A DNA stretch of 61,055 bases, counting the filler, from Barthelona sp. PAP020 (Eukaryota): NCBI GenBank assembly GCA_040182905.1. It is 4 parts of 4 records of this genome, joined end to end, with 100 filler letters (N's around TTAATTAATTAA, not from the genome) between each part and the next. Parts side by side here need not be neighbours in the genome. Positions count along the whole stretch, not along the records: positions 30,708 to 45,839 come from JARQWU010000288.1; positions 45,940 to 61,055 come from JARQWU010000289.1; 2 more parts are not named here. One strand, given 5' to 3'. Each line of letters begins with the position of its first letter. Within the stretch, counting starts at the first letter, position 1. The notes under the pieces are model-generated. The model did not search any database. It was given only the letters and a program-made list of their open reading frames with translations, and was not told where the DNA came from. Position numbers and translations under genes: made by a program. This document shows positions 42,011-53,075 of the stretch, piece after piece.

Positions 42011-43702
42011 TCACGATGTTTCAATATCATGAAGTATTGAGAAATACAAAGCATCTTGTGTTTGAGTGGTTTTTGGTGAAAATTGAGGTCTGTAAAACGA
42101 ATCAAAGTCTTTAATAAAGTTTTCCGATCGACTTTCCCATGAAGGATGATTCAACATGAACTGTAACACAGATTTTTCCACTTTTTCCTTGTTGTATAGT
42201 GTCAAATTAATTTCATCAACAGTCTTTATCTCATCAAGAGAGAAAGAACTGAAGATACACACAGAACCCAGTTTCACTTGATACGTCGAAAATTCTTTGA
42301 TAAACTTAATAATAAGATCAACATCTTTTGAAGTATAAAACATCAAAACAATCGGTGTTATGATAGGAGCAAAAAATTCACCCAAAAAATTCTTATATCT
42401 AGGTTGAAACAACTGATTGAACTCATCTCTGATCTGAGTTTTATGCATAGCTGTAATTTTCCAACGGGAAGGAAAATAATGGGTCTTTAACACAATTTGT
42501 TTTAAAAAATGCTCTGGGCTATCAAAAATTGCATTACCATTTGAATCTAATACAGGTTCCGATGGTGAGACTCGAGCACCCAAAAGACCAGCCAACGGAA
42601 CAATGAAAGTACCCAAAAGCCATGGAAGAGAACGCCCCAAAATTTCAATTTTGCTGACTTGATCAGCAAAAACTAAAGAAATAATGGCCAGTATTCCACA
42701 TATTGACCCAAATATATAAGTAAAGAATGAAGTAAGAATGGAAGTACTTTGTGAAGGAAAAGACTGAAAATACAAAGTGGAAACACGATGTGCCTGTCTT
42801 AATCTGTCATACAAATGATGAGGTAATTCATTATATTCCCTTAATAGATACAAGGCCATTGGTGACCACGTTCTAGCGGTCAAGATCGACGTGTCGGCCT
42901 TTATTGTTTCAAAATAGGAAAGAAAGTAATAGAATAATTGAAATAGTAACATAAAGGGAGAAATAATTAAAAGTAACAAAGAAAAAATCCAAATTCTAAC
43001 TTGTAATCTCTTACTGATCAAGATTGATGGGTCTATCGTTCGATTTCGATCAAACAATTGTCCTAATAACACAAAAGACAAAATTTTAAGCTCCAACATT
43101 GAAGTTAAGAAGGGCAAATGCAGCACACTATTGTTTATCAAGGCAATCATATAGTTATCTCGTCTCATGATACGTTGTGACACCTCAAGATCATCAGCAC
43201 ACAACCCAACTTCAACAATACGTGTCGAAACCTCAAACCACTTCAAGGTACTCATATCAGATGATGGAATTTTAAACATCTTTAAAAAAATGTTTCGAAT
43301 AGGATAGTATCTGAATACATCCGATATTAATATAAATAACCGATAAAATATATAAAAGAGAAAAATTATTATGAATACATATCCAAAAAAATTGATCTTT
43401 GCCACAAAATTTGAATCAATAAGACCTTTTGCACAATCTTGACTGTCACTACATGTGGCAAAATGATTCCAATTAATTACGTACAATAAAATAAAAAAAA
43501 CAAGTAAAGTGAATAAATAGGATAAAATCGCAGTAATGTCTTTCATCAATATGTTAAAATATCCACCATCAAAGAAGTATCGATACAGTTTATGTAACAA
43601 CAAATCAAGTTCACTCTCTGATAGATGTTGAATTGAGGAGAAATCCTCATAATAACTTTCTTCCAAAAGTTGATATTCATCATCATGATTTAAAATCTTC
43701 AT
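42011..43702 (-). CDS. ATG9: Autophagy protein ATG9
   Basis: RIMRRDNYMIALIN, RTWSPMA..LREYNELPH, THYFP, LGSVCIFSSF, KVEKSVLQF..NHPSW. Confidence 0.93.
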   Translation of the reverse strand: MKILNHDDEYQLLEESYYEDFSSIQHLSESELDLLLHKLYRYFFDGGYFNILMKDITAILSYLFTLLVFFILLYVINWNHFATCSDSQDCAKGLIDSNFVAKINFFGYVFIIIFLFYIFYRLFILISDVFRYYPIRNIFLKMFKIPSSDMSTLKWFEVSTRIVEVGLCADDLEVSQRIMRRDNYMIALINNSVLHLPFLTSMLELKILSFVLLGQLFDRNRTIDPSILISKRLQVRIWIFSLLLLIISPFMLLFQLFYYFLSYFETIKADTSILTARTWSPMALYLLREYNELPHHLYDRLRQAHRVSTLYFQSFPSQSTSILTSFFTYIFGSICGILAIISLVFADQVSKIEILGRSLPWLLGTFIVPLAGLLGARVSPSEPVLDSNGNAIFDSPEHFLKQIVLKTHYFPSRWKITAMHKTQIRDEFNQLFQPRYKNFLGEFFAPIITPIVLMFYTSKDVDLIIKFIKEFSTYQVKLGSVCIFSSFSLDEIKTVDEINLTLYNKEKVEKSVLQFMLNHPSWESRSENFIKDFDSFYRPQFSPKTTQTQDALYFSILHDIETS

Positions 43703-43937
43703 GCTTATTTGTTAAAAAATATATCAATATAAATTTTGCACATGTAGCATTCGCAAAAAGAACTGTTTATAAATTCATTCAATGAATTCTTTTTTTATCC
43801 ACATTTCTTCTTAATGTTTTTTAATTTGTTTTTAAATGAAAGCATATCATTAATATCCTGCAATCTACCTTTTTTTTTTTTGAAGTATTCCATGAACTAA
43901 TTTTTTTTGGTATTATTTGTTCATTCAGGATATACTT

Positions 43938-45140
43938 ATGTTACTCAAAAACAAAAACATTTTATTAGGAGTAACTGGTGGAATTGCTGCATATAAGTCA
44001 TGTTTGATACTGAGAGAATTACAAAAATTAGGAGCAAATATTCGAGTTGTAATCACTGAAAATGGATCGAAAATGGTTGGCATTGAAACTTTTCAATCTT
44101 TGACCAAATATCCAGTGTATGTCAATACTTTTTCAAATGAACCCAAAACTTATTTTCAGCACATTGATGTTGGTGAATGGACAGATATTTTTTTAATTGC
44201 ACCTTGTACAGCCAACACTTTAGCAAATTTGGCTCATGGAATTGGTTCAGATGCAGTTTCTTTAAGTTATCTATCAACTTCCTGTTCAAAAATTGTTTGT
44301 CCTGCAATGAATTGTCATATGTATAATCAACCTTCTGTACAAAACAACCTTAGAATTTTAAGAGAATATGGGGCAATGATTGTTGAGCCTGAAGATGGGA
44401 GACTGGCTTGTGGACAACAAGGCAAAGGTCGATTAGCGGATGTTGATACAATTGTTGCCGCGGTCATTACTAAAATACTCCCATTACCCACAAAAGGAAT
44501 ATGTGTTATAACTGGAGGACGTACTGAAGAACCTATTGATCCTGTCAGATACATTTCCAATAAAAGCAGTGGAAAAACTGCAATAAATATTGGTAAGTTG
44601 TTCAGACAAAAGGGTTATGATGTAAGAATGATTTTGGGTCCTATTGATACGTCTGTTCCTTTATGGTTAAAATCTTCCACTGTTTTTGTTCGAACTGCTG
44701 AAGAGATGTTTGAAGAAACTGTGAAATATTTGAAGGAGGCCCAAGTTTTTATCATGGCAGCCAGTGTTGCTGATTTTAGAGCTAAAGACATAGCTATGGA
44801 GAAAATAAAAGGTTCTTACAATTTAGAGCAAATTGAACTTCAAAGAAATCCCGATATCCTTCAATATGTTTCAGAATATGTCGAAGATAGTCAAATTGTC
44901 ATAGGTTTTGCTCTTGAAACAGAAAATCCTATTGCTAATGCTATTGAAAAATTGAAAAAAAAAGGTTGTGATGCAATTTTTTTGAATACACCCATTTCTT
45001 CCGATTCTGGAATCGGATTTGATTTTGTCAATGGTTGTTTAATTTCTGAAAAAATTGAATCTACGGAACTTTCCTTAATTTCAAAGTCTGAATTGGCTAA
45101 TATTTTACTGAGATTTGTTGAAAAAATTTCTAATTGTTAA
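43938..45140 (+). CDS. coaBC: Bifunctional PPC decarboxylase/PPC synthetase, bacterial-type
   Basis: LLGVTGGIAAYK, IAPCTANTLA, PAMN, LACG..GKGRL, then TGGRTEEPIDPVRYISNKSSGK, AASVADF, NPDIL and IGFALET. Confidence 0.95.
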   Translation: MLLKNKNILLGVTGGIAAYKSCLILRELQKLGANIRVVITENGSKMVGIETFQSLTKYPVYVNTFSNEPKTYFQHIDVGEWTDIFLIAPCTANTLANLAHGIGSDAVSLSYLSTSCSKIVCPAMNCHMYNQPSVQNNLRILREYGAMIVEPEDGRLACGQQGKGRLADVDTIVAAVITKILPLPTKGICVITGGRTEEPIDPVRYISNKSSGKTAINIGKLFRQKGYDVRMILGPIDTSVPLWLKSSTVFVRTAEEMFEETVKYLKEAQVFIMAASVADFRAKDIAMEKIKGSYNLEQIELQRNPDILQYVSEYVEDSQIVIGFALETENPIANAIEKLKKKGCDAIFLNTPISSDSGIGFDFVNGCLISEKIESTELSLISKSELANILLRFVEKISNC

Positions 45141-45410
45141 TTTTCATCTGTATTTTTGAAATAATCCACTTTTGGTGCAATATGAAAATCTAATTTAATC
45201 CATATCCCAACAGGTTTGTAAACTACTTCAAAATGAAAATGAATAACGAATCATCTGTTTCAAAAGTCATTTTTTTGAACACAATGGCATGTAAATGTTT
45301 GTTTGCAATCAAAAAAATTTATAAATTCTGGAGAAATTGTTTTTTTTTTTGTTCGTTTTGGAAGCAGGTTATGCTAAGAATGTTCTGCTATCAAAGAATT
45401 GAAGTGATTC

Positions 45411-45528
45411 TTTTTTAAGAGTGTTCTGAACCATTCACGCAAAACGACTCAGTTGCAAGTACCCCCAAACTCTAACCGAGAACAATAAAGATCTTTATAA
45501 ACATTTATTATTGTTGTCGTGTGAATTG
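45411..45528. repeat. Dispersed repeat A, copy 2
   Basis: 114/118 nt identical to 15421-15538. Confidence 0.92.
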
Positions 45529-45839
45529 TTGAAATTTATTGTTGAAATTTGCCCTTTTGTCTAACATGAAATTAATTTGGCAACAACAAAAATTTCACCG
45601 AAAGAAGACGCAAAGGAAGAACTAACCAAAATACTCCTGCATATAAAGCCAATAATCCCATAAGAAAGAAAATTTTAAATCTGGAAAAGAGGAGATCAAA
45701 ACAATAAGAATTTTATTTTCTAAAGGACCGCACCTCTTGACAATTATGAGTTTTTTTTTTTTTTTCCAGACTCAAAGAATTCTGAATCGGTTGACCAAAA
45801 CAGCAAAGATACCATGGAGTAATTTCCCCAACCCCAGTT

Positions 45840-45939
45840 NNNNNNNNNNNNNNNNNNNNNNNNNNNNNNNNNNNNNNNNNNNNTTAATTAATTAANNNNN
45901 NNNNNNNNNNNNNNNNNNNNNNNNNNNNNNNNNNNNNNN
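45840..45939. other. Artificial contig spacer
   Basis: N44-TTAATTAATTAA-N44. Confidence 0.98.
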
Positions 45940-46012
45940 TTTTATTTTGAAAAAGAGAAAAAAAAAAAAAATATTTTGACATTTTTTGTGTGTTTTGTTG
46001 GTGATTTAATTA

Positions 46013-46043
<31 letters not shown>

Positions 46044-46071
46044 TTTAATCTTTTTAGATTTTGTAAATCGT

Positions 46072-46602
46072 TTATAAATTTGTTGTTATCCAATCTAAAA
46101 TTTGATCAAGGCCTTGTTTATTGACAACACTTGTCTCAATCATTAAATTTGGTCTATCAACACAGAGAGTCTCCAAACTTAACATACTATTCAATTCTTT
46201 TGCAGACATTGCACCAGGTATATCTTGTTTATGAACCAATACAACAACAGGACAAAGAGGAAGACTGGAGCTAATCAATACATTAGCTAATTCTGCACAC
46301 GCCTCCTGAATTCTATCTTTATCTGACGCATCAATAACAAATACTAAACTTTCTGTCACAGGAAAATGATGAACCCATCTTGATCGCATGCTCTTTGATC
46401 CACCTACATCAAAGACATTGAATGAGATATATCCATGATCTATAATAGTCCAATTGACTTTTTTAGTTGGTAAAGGAGGTGGCAACTCTTCATCAGAATT
46501 TGCTTGTGAAATATATCTAGCTATGGTTGTTTTACCGCTATTATCCAATCCTAATAAAAGCAATTGACAATTTTCTTTGTTTGCACCACAAACTGGTCCC
46601 AT
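46072..46602 (-). CDS. ARF-like small GTPase
   Basis: MG start, LGLDNSGKTT, FDVGGS, LVFVIDASD, HKQD. Confidence 0.9.
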   Translation of the reverse strand: MGPVCGANKENCQLLLLGLDNSGKTTIARYISQANSDEELPPPLPTKKVNWTIIDHGYISFNVFDVGGSKSMRSRWVHHFPVTESLVFVIDASDKDRIQEACAELANVLISSSLPLCPVVVLVHKQDIPGAMSAKELNSMLSLETLCVDRPNLMIETSVVNKQGLDQILDWITTNL

Positions 46603-47012
46603 TATAAAAATAGAAAAAAAAGAACAATAAAAAAATTATTCTGAAAGCCTTAAAAAATCTTAAAGTGTTATAAATACACGTTTAAGATTAACATAAGGGT
46701 TTATTCTTTTAAATAACAAAAAAATTAAAGATAAAAAAAAAGCATACCATGCAAAGGAATAGTTAACTGTCAAAACGTTAAACAAACGTGAATATATTTA
46801 TTTTAATGTAATGTTAAAGGAAAAAACAGCAGCAAGATAGAAATCCACAAATCTCAGAATAAATTCAGTTTAATTTTTAGTTTTTAATGAAAGAACAAGG
46901 GAAATGTCTTTCTCATTGTTAATAATGAAAAAATGATAAAAGGTGTGATTTTTTATTTGTAAAGGAATCCTCTTTTTTTTTGAAGGAATGAAGAATATAC
47001 ACAAAGATAGAA

Positions 47013-48935
47013 ATGAATAATATTAATGAGCATGAATATAATAGTGAAATACGGGAATTATTTACAAAATTAGATAATAATGGTGTTGAAACACCAAGTA
47101 ACAAAGTAATGATGGAAAAATATGTTGAAAATAAAGATTATGAATTAAAAATATATCATTTACAGGATATTATTTCTCAACAATGGGAAACAATCATTTT
47201 AAAAGAAAAAATAATTTTTATAAATTTGATTTCGAAAATTCAATATGATTTATCGTATTCCAATGCGATTGATGTGAAATTTATTATATATAATACTTTA
47301 AAAGCAGGATATTTAGGAGTGATTTTTTATGTATTGTTTGAAAATGACTTTGTTGTTTTACATTCTTATTTAACGTTTGATAATTTTGATTATTATCCTC
47401 TATTTTCTTTTAGCTTTACAGATAAGTTTGAAAAAATTGTGTTACCTCCTTCAAATGATATCAGCAGTCAAAATTGTTTATTCTTGTATTCAAAAGAGCA
47501 AAATTGTTTGAATTACGTCAATTTATGCACTTTTTTTGAAACTGTTGATTTTCATTTTTGTTATGAAAACCCCACCATGTATTTTCCTTTGAAATATCAG
47601 TTAGAAAGAATATTTTTGAATTTAGGAGATAGTTATACGTTGCCTATCTGGTTACATAATCAAATGCTTGTTTTTTTTTCTACTTTGACATCTGGTGATA
47701 ATTTTTGTTGTTTGGGGAGGTATGGTCAGGAATTTAATTTGGAAATTAAAAAAGGGACTTTTGGTCTGATTTCTAACAATGACAATAGAAGGTGGAAGAA
47801 GGTTAATCAATCTTTGTATTGTTGTTATCATTCAAATTTGAAAAGTATCATTGGTTTTTTCACCAAGAATATTAATTTTTCAGTTTTAAGGTCTCTTGAC
47901 TGGTTAGAGAATTCAAAACAAGTTGAATTATTTATCCCTTCCCAGCAAAAGAATTTATTCTATTGTCTGTTGAGTTACGACAGTGAATTATGTGTTATAC
48001 ATCAAGAAAATTACTTCACCATTGATTTTTTCCCCTGTAGCCTGGTGAAGAATATTTTTGCACAAGTGATTGAGAATACTTCTGCTAATTGGGTGTTACA
48101 TATGGTTATTGAGGTATATAACCGTCCAAATGAAAAGTTAACACACCAATCGAATGAAATCAATAGCAAAACTCAAGATTCAGCTGAAATTCAAATAATA
48201 AAGTTGAATATTGTTTATAAGTATGGTGAAGTCTGTTTATTGGATGAAAACAATGAAACTGTGGATATTGTATTTGATTTTGAGGAATATGATGAAGAAG
48301 ATGCAGAAAAAGATGAAGAAGAAGAAGAAGAAGAGTTTGAGAATATCAGCTCTGTTGAAAAGGATAACTTAACTGAAAATATTGTTAATATGATGGATAT
48401 TGAGGAAAGTCAAACAAAATCGATTGAAAACAGAAAAACTCTGGATTCTGTCAACATAGTGGAGATCATTGATTGCAACTTTTTGGAAATTGAATCAAAA
48501 CAATTGTTAATTCAAGAGAAGGCAGAAATGAAAAAGAGAAACGTTCGTAAAAAAGCTAAAAGAAAAAAAGACAAAGTTGTCACAAATATGGGGGATATTC
48601 TTCGTTTACAAAAATTTGAAAATGAATTGACACGAATTTTATCAGGTCAAAACATTGAAAATTTGGGAACTTTCGTATTTTCCAACCTTGATCAAATGTT
48701 GAGTTCAGTAAAAACATTTTCTTCAAATATTTGTCTGTCTTTAGCTTCTCAAATTATTTTTGCAATCAAGCAAACGATTTCTAGCGATCTACAATTGCTC
48801 AAACGTAATATTCGAAAGATCTATGAATTATTGTTACGAATATTGGACATTTTGAAAAGAAATTCTAAACTTAAGCCCTTTTGGTCCATTTATCAGAAGG
48901 AGGTCATGAATTTGGGGTTAACTAGATGGTTTTAA
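47013..48935 (+). CDS. Hypothetical protein, possibly EDC4/Ge-1-like
   Basis: 640 aa ORF: beta-rich N-part, acidic linker, helical C-terminus with SSNICLSLASQI. Confidence 0.6.
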   Translation: MNNINEHEYNSEIRELFTKLDNNGVETPSNKVMMEKYVENKDYELKIYHLQDIISQQWETIILKEKIIFINLISKIQYDLSYSNAIDVKFIIYNTLKAGYLGVIFYVLFENDFVVLHSYLTFDNFDYYPLFSFSFTDKFEKIVLPPSNDISSQNCLFLYSKEQNCLNYVNLCTFFETVDFHFCYENPTMYFPLKYQLERIFLNLGDSYTLPIWLHNQMLVFFSTLTSGDNFCCLGRYGQEFNLEIKKGTFGLISNNDNRRWKKVNQSLYCCYHSNLKSIIGFFTKNINFSVLRSLDWLENSKQVELFIPSQQKNLFYCLLSYDSELCVIHQENYFTIDFFPCSLVKNIFAQVIENTSANWVLHMVIEVYNRPNEKLTHQSNEINSKTQDSAEIQIIKLNIVYKYGEVCLLDENNETVDIVFDFEEYDEEDAEKDEEEEEEEFENISSVEKDNLTENIVNMMDIEESQTKSIENRKTLDSVNIVEIIDCNFLEIESKQLLIQEKAEMKKRNVRKKAKRKKDKVVTNMGDILRLQKFENELTRILSGQNIENLGTFVFSNLDQMLSSVKTFSSNICLSLASQIIFAIKQTISSDLQLLKRNIRKIYELLLRILDILKRNSKLKPFWSIYQKEVMNLGLTRWF

Positions 48936-49092
48936 TAAATATTATTCAATATTTTTATTCTTTTGCTGTCCTCCATCTCTAGTTTCCATTGGGTTTCAAA
49001 AAAAAATATATACTTTCAAATTTACCTGGTAAAGATTAATCTACATTTTAACAGATCATAAATATCTTTTATATTAACAACACATATAATGA

Positions 49093-49350
49093 CTAATTCA
49101 AAAGTAAATTATTAATTGGGATATGAATCAATTTTACAGCAAAACCTACAACACCAAAAATAGCAACACCAACAGCGGCAGCTTTTGCAGTTTTAGAGAA
49201 TTCTAAGTTATTAGTTTTGGATTTAATCTTTCATCAAATAATACCTTTGGAATTTGGTTTGGACATACGTTTACCTTTCAATAAATTGACCCCACTTTTA
49301 AATGCAGAACCAATATCAGCTAAAGGATTTTCGAAATTATCAATATTCAT
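49093..49350 (-). CDS. SEC61G: Sec61 gamma subunit (exons 49350-49245 and 49202-49093), 71 aa
   Basis: Spliced product ...[45 protein letters not shown]; absent from the ORF track. Confidence 0.93.
49203..49244 (-). other. Spliceosomal intron, 42 nt
   Basis: GTATTA...AACTAAT-AACTTAG; phase 1; in-frame TGA; removal restores KP..KEF. Confidence 0.92.
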
Positions 49351-49632
49351 TCCAAAATTAAAAAAAAATGTTTTTGTTTTTCTTTTTCATTGAAAAATTT
49401 ATCTTTTCATTCATAATGATTTAAACAAGAAACTTTTGTGAAATTTCTAACTCTTTAAAAAACTAACTTTATGTCTGGTTTTTTTTTTTTGCAAATTTTT
49501 AAATTTTCTCAAAAATCAATCAAGTTTTTAATTTAAAAATAGAAACAATAAAATTGTTCAAAAAAAAAAAGTTTTTCAAAACTTTCTGCCTGCTTCAAAA
49601 TATATTTTTGTTTTGTTGAAGGGTATTGTTTC

Positions 49633-51618
49633 ATGGGTTTAGGTTGGTACACTGTCTTATATACAAAAGATGTGAATAAGAATCGAAAAAAATGGGTAGA
49701 TGGAAAGATTAATGTATTAAAGAATATGGTTGAATTATACAATGATAAAAGCAAACAATTGATAAAATATCCTTATGGAGGTTGTTTGAATACTGGAGAA
49801 ACTATTCAATTGGGCAAATACTTGGTTGAACTTGATTCTTTGATTGGACAAAATGAAAGTAACATTTGTTATGAACAGGATGATTCAAAATCATTGGCAC
49901 CTTTGAAACGTGCTCCTGTTCTTTCTTGTAAAAATGATCTTGTTGAAGAAAAGCTGTCCAAAACAAAAGTGAAAATTCCCAAATCAACTGGATTTAAATC
50001 TCCTTTCAAAGCGGATTCAAAATTATTGACAAAAATGAAAAAACCCTCCAAACAGTTGACAACAAAGTTCCCTGTGTTTGTCGATCGTTACAAAAATATT
50101 TTGCATGGAAAAATTCGTGTTCATCAAATCGATGCAATAAAATTTCTTTCTAATTGTTTGGAGCACCCAGATAGTGGATGTATGATCTGTGATGCATGTG
50201 GTTTGGGGAAAACTGCAACAGTTATACAATTAGTCAAGTTTTTTGCGCATTTTAATGAAAGCACATGTTTTCGACGCTGTATTGTTGTTTGTCCGGCTGG
50301 TTTAGTTGCAAATTGGCAAAATGAAATAAATATGTGGGGTGGTGTTGCCTTGCCTTTTATCACCATTGATAATACATGTAAAAATGTTGAAATGATGGTT
50401 AATGTATTCTTTCGAACATCGCATCAAAAGATATGCCTGATTTCTTACGAAATGATGATGAAATATGAAGATTTCTTTCATAAACATCATTTTGATTTGC
50501 TTATTATGGATGAGATACAAAGATTAAAGAATATTGATTCAGCAACAAGTCGAGCTATATTCAGATTGAAAGCCTCAAGACGTTTAGGAATGACTGCCAC
50601 TCCAATTGAAAACGGATTGACTGATTTATGTGCGATTTTAACTGTTTTACGTCCTCAATGTACAAGAAACTTTGATTTGATGGGGCAATTTGCCAGTCCT
50701 ATTGAACGTGGTATTTCTGAAAAGGCAAATACTGCTGCTATTATTGAAGCTCAATTGAGAGTTACTCAATTACAAGACATGGTAAATGAAGTTATAATAC
50801 GTCGTATGCCAAAAGCAATTAGTGAATATATGCCGGCTATTCGAGAATTTATTATTTTCCAAACAATACAAGATTCACTAATCAATCATAAAGTGAGTGA
50901 TGAGAACAGCACCGATATGCTTAGCTATCTTCAAACATGGAGGAGATTATTATTTTGTGATGAAAATGGGAAAGGTAAGATTGAAACTCTTGCTGTATTG
51001 TTAAATATTCTGATCAATGTTCAACAAGAAAAAGTGATTATTTCAAGTGGTTCAACTCAAATTTTGGATATTTGTTATGAAAAATTCAAAAAAAATAAAA
51101 ACTTTATGATGATAAAATATGATGGAAGAATGACACAAAAAAACCGTGTAAATGCCATTGAAACCTTTAAAAATCAAGGAAATATTTTGTTATTATCAGC
51201 AAAAGCTGGTGGAACAGGATTAAATCTTGTTATGTCGAGAAATTTGGTTATTTTAGAACCTGCATGGAATCCTGCTATCGATGAACAATTGAAAGGTCGA
51301 ATTTGGAGACAAAGTCAAACTAGAGAATCAAGAGTGTATCGATTAGCAACAATAGGCACAATTGATAGTATTATTTTATCAAGACAACAAGAAAAACAGC
51401 AAATTGGAAAAAGTATACTCGATCTATCGAATGAAATAAGTCCTGTAACCAAATCAACTATGGAGGAATTATTTGGGATAAATTCATGTACAGATCTACG
51501 TTTGTACCCTGATTGGGAAGAAGATCAAACAACTACCCATTTAAATCTGCTAAAAGAAGAGTTACCGCAGATCACTTCCATTCAACAGGAAATATTAATT
51601 CCCAGTGAACAAATATGA
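49633..51618 (+). CDS. SNF2 family ATPase, RAD54B/Rdh54-like, with DUF2439-like N-terminus
   Basis: YTVLYTKD..KRKKWVDG-like N-domain; GLGKT, DEIQRLKN, TATPIEN, AGGTGLNL, WNPAIDEQ..GRIWR. Confidence 0.85.
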   Translation: MGLGWYTVLYTKDVNKNRKKWVDGKINVLKNMVELYNDKSKQLIKYPYGGCLNTGETIQLGKYLVELDSLIGQNESNICYEQDDSKSLAPLKRAPVLSCKNDLVEEKLSKTKVKIPKSTGFKSPFKADSKLLTKMKKPSKQLTTKFPVFVDRYKNILHGKIRVHQIDAIKFLSNCLEHPDSGCMICDACGLGKTATVIQLVKFFAHFNESTCFRRCIVVCPAGLVANWQNEINMWGGVALPFITIDNTCKNVEMMVNVFFRTSHQKICLISYEMMMKYEDFFHKHHFDLLIMDEIQRLKNIDSATSRAIFRLKASRRLGMTATPIENGLTDLCAILTVLRPQCTRNFDLMGQFASPIERGISEKANTAAIIEAQLRVTQLQDMVNEVIIRRMPKAISEYMPAIREFIIFQTIQDSLINHKVSDENSTDMLSYLQTWRRLLFCDENGKGKIETLAVLLNILINVQQEKVIISSGSTQILDICYEKFKKNKNFMMIKYDGRMTQKNRVNAIETFKNQGNILLLSAKAGGTGLNLVMSRNLVILEPAWNPAIDEQLKGRIWRQSQTRESRVYRLATIGTIDSIILSRQQEKQQIGKSILDLSNEISPVTKSTMEELFGINSCTDLRLYPDWEEDQTTTHLNLLKEELPQITSIQQEILIPSEQI

Positions 51619-51636
51619 ATCATTAATCACCAAGTC

Positions 51637-52596
51637 TCAGTAAATCTGTTGACTACTGCTTTGATTTTGGGCATTGTAACCATCAATAATGAGTTTTTTC
51701 TTGGTTAATCTTTCAAATTCCGGTGTTCCAATATCTAGATTTGAAGTATATGTTGTTCTATTGGAAAAAGATGGAAAAGAATAACCAACAATTGGTGATG
51801 TTGGGGAATTAAACGGGCTTTTAGTACAATATTCTGAAAAAACTGGACTACCACGATTTAAATCTTTTAAATTCTTTAATTCTGATGTTAAAGCAGTTAT
51901 ATGAGAACACAATTTTCTAATATGGTCTTTTTGATAGCCAATCATATCTGCTTGCCTGGCGCTAATTTCAATGAATGTTTCATCTTTCATCAAATCACAT
52001 TGTATACTTAATAGATCTGGTCTAGGTGTTAAACAATTGTATTGATGAATATGATAACAATATTTTATTGTGTATACAGAAAACAGAATGAATTCAATTA
52101 AAATAATGCAATCAAAAAAGATTTCTTTTGCTAAAAATTGTGACAATAGTTTATATTCATATTCTAAAGTTAATTCTTCAAAAGCTATGAAAAATAAAGT
52201 AAAACTAGTAAAGAAAGTCAAAATCTTTTCAATCTTTTTTAAAAGCCCCATTAAACTTTCGTATCTTTTTATAAATCCAGTAATTTTTAAAAGTAAGTTT
52301 CTTTTTTTGACTATAGATATCGAAATTATTCCAATAAAATATATTATAGAATGAATCCCTGCTTTTACGTTGAAATGAATATGAATCGGCAGTTTTTTTT
52401 CAGGTATGATGCAAAAAATTGTGTAAAGCAAAAAAAAAACGGTGAATAAGATCAAAATCCAATGACCTTTCAGCACGCTAAATCTTCGATTAAGTACTTG
52501 TTCTTCATTGAAATTGTTTGAAGAAGGAAGTAAAAAATCATTTAAACCCATAGTCGATGTTGTTAAAAAACAATCATCCTTTTTTTGAAAGAACAT
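51637..52596 (-). CDS. TMEM192-like membrane protein
   Basis: Four TM segments, then HQYN...PRPDL and RQADMIGYQKDH..KLCSHI. Confidence 0.65.
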   Translation of the reverse strand: MFFQKKDDCFLTTSTMGLNDFLLPSSNNFNEEQVLNRRFSVLKGHWILILFTVFFLLYTIFCIIPEKKLPIHIHFNVKAGIHSIIYFIGIISISIVKKRNLLLKITGFIKRYESLMGLLKKIEKILTFFTSFTLFFIAFEELTLEYEYKLLSQFLAKEIFFDCIILIEFILFSVYTIKYCYHIHQYNCLTPRPDLLSIQCDLMKDETFIEISARQADMIGYQKDHIRKLCSHITALTSELKNLKDLNRGSPVFSEYCTKSPFNSPTSPIVGYSFPSFSNRTTYTSNLDIGTPEFERLTKKKLIIDGYNAQNQSSSQQIY

Positions 52597-53075
52597 AATA
52601 AAAGTTAATTAAATTGAATATGATTCACAATCTAGTGTATATCCCCTGATTTTATTTAGAATAATATTAAATTATTAAAAAAAAAAAATGTAAAAATTCA
52701 GTTTCTTTATTTAGCAAATCACGTTTATATTCAATTTCTTTTGTTTGTGTACATTCAATGAAAAATTCTTGTCAAATGACTCATAAAATTCTGTTGCAAA
52801 AAAAATCCTTCAAATTTACTTTTTTTTTCTGGCTTTTCAGTTTTGTTTTACCTTATTATTGACAAAAAAAGAAAAACAACCAAAAAAAAATTGCATTCAA
52901 ATTGTAAAAATTTTTTCCTTCTTTTCAAAATGAGAAACCTGCCTTCTTTTTCCTGACAATTGTTCAAAAATACTGTGAGATTGCCAATAATGCAATGAAA
53001 ACTATTTGATAATAAAAAAAGATATCGTATTTATAAATAATTGACAGTGATTTTAAACTCACTTCTTTTTATTTA

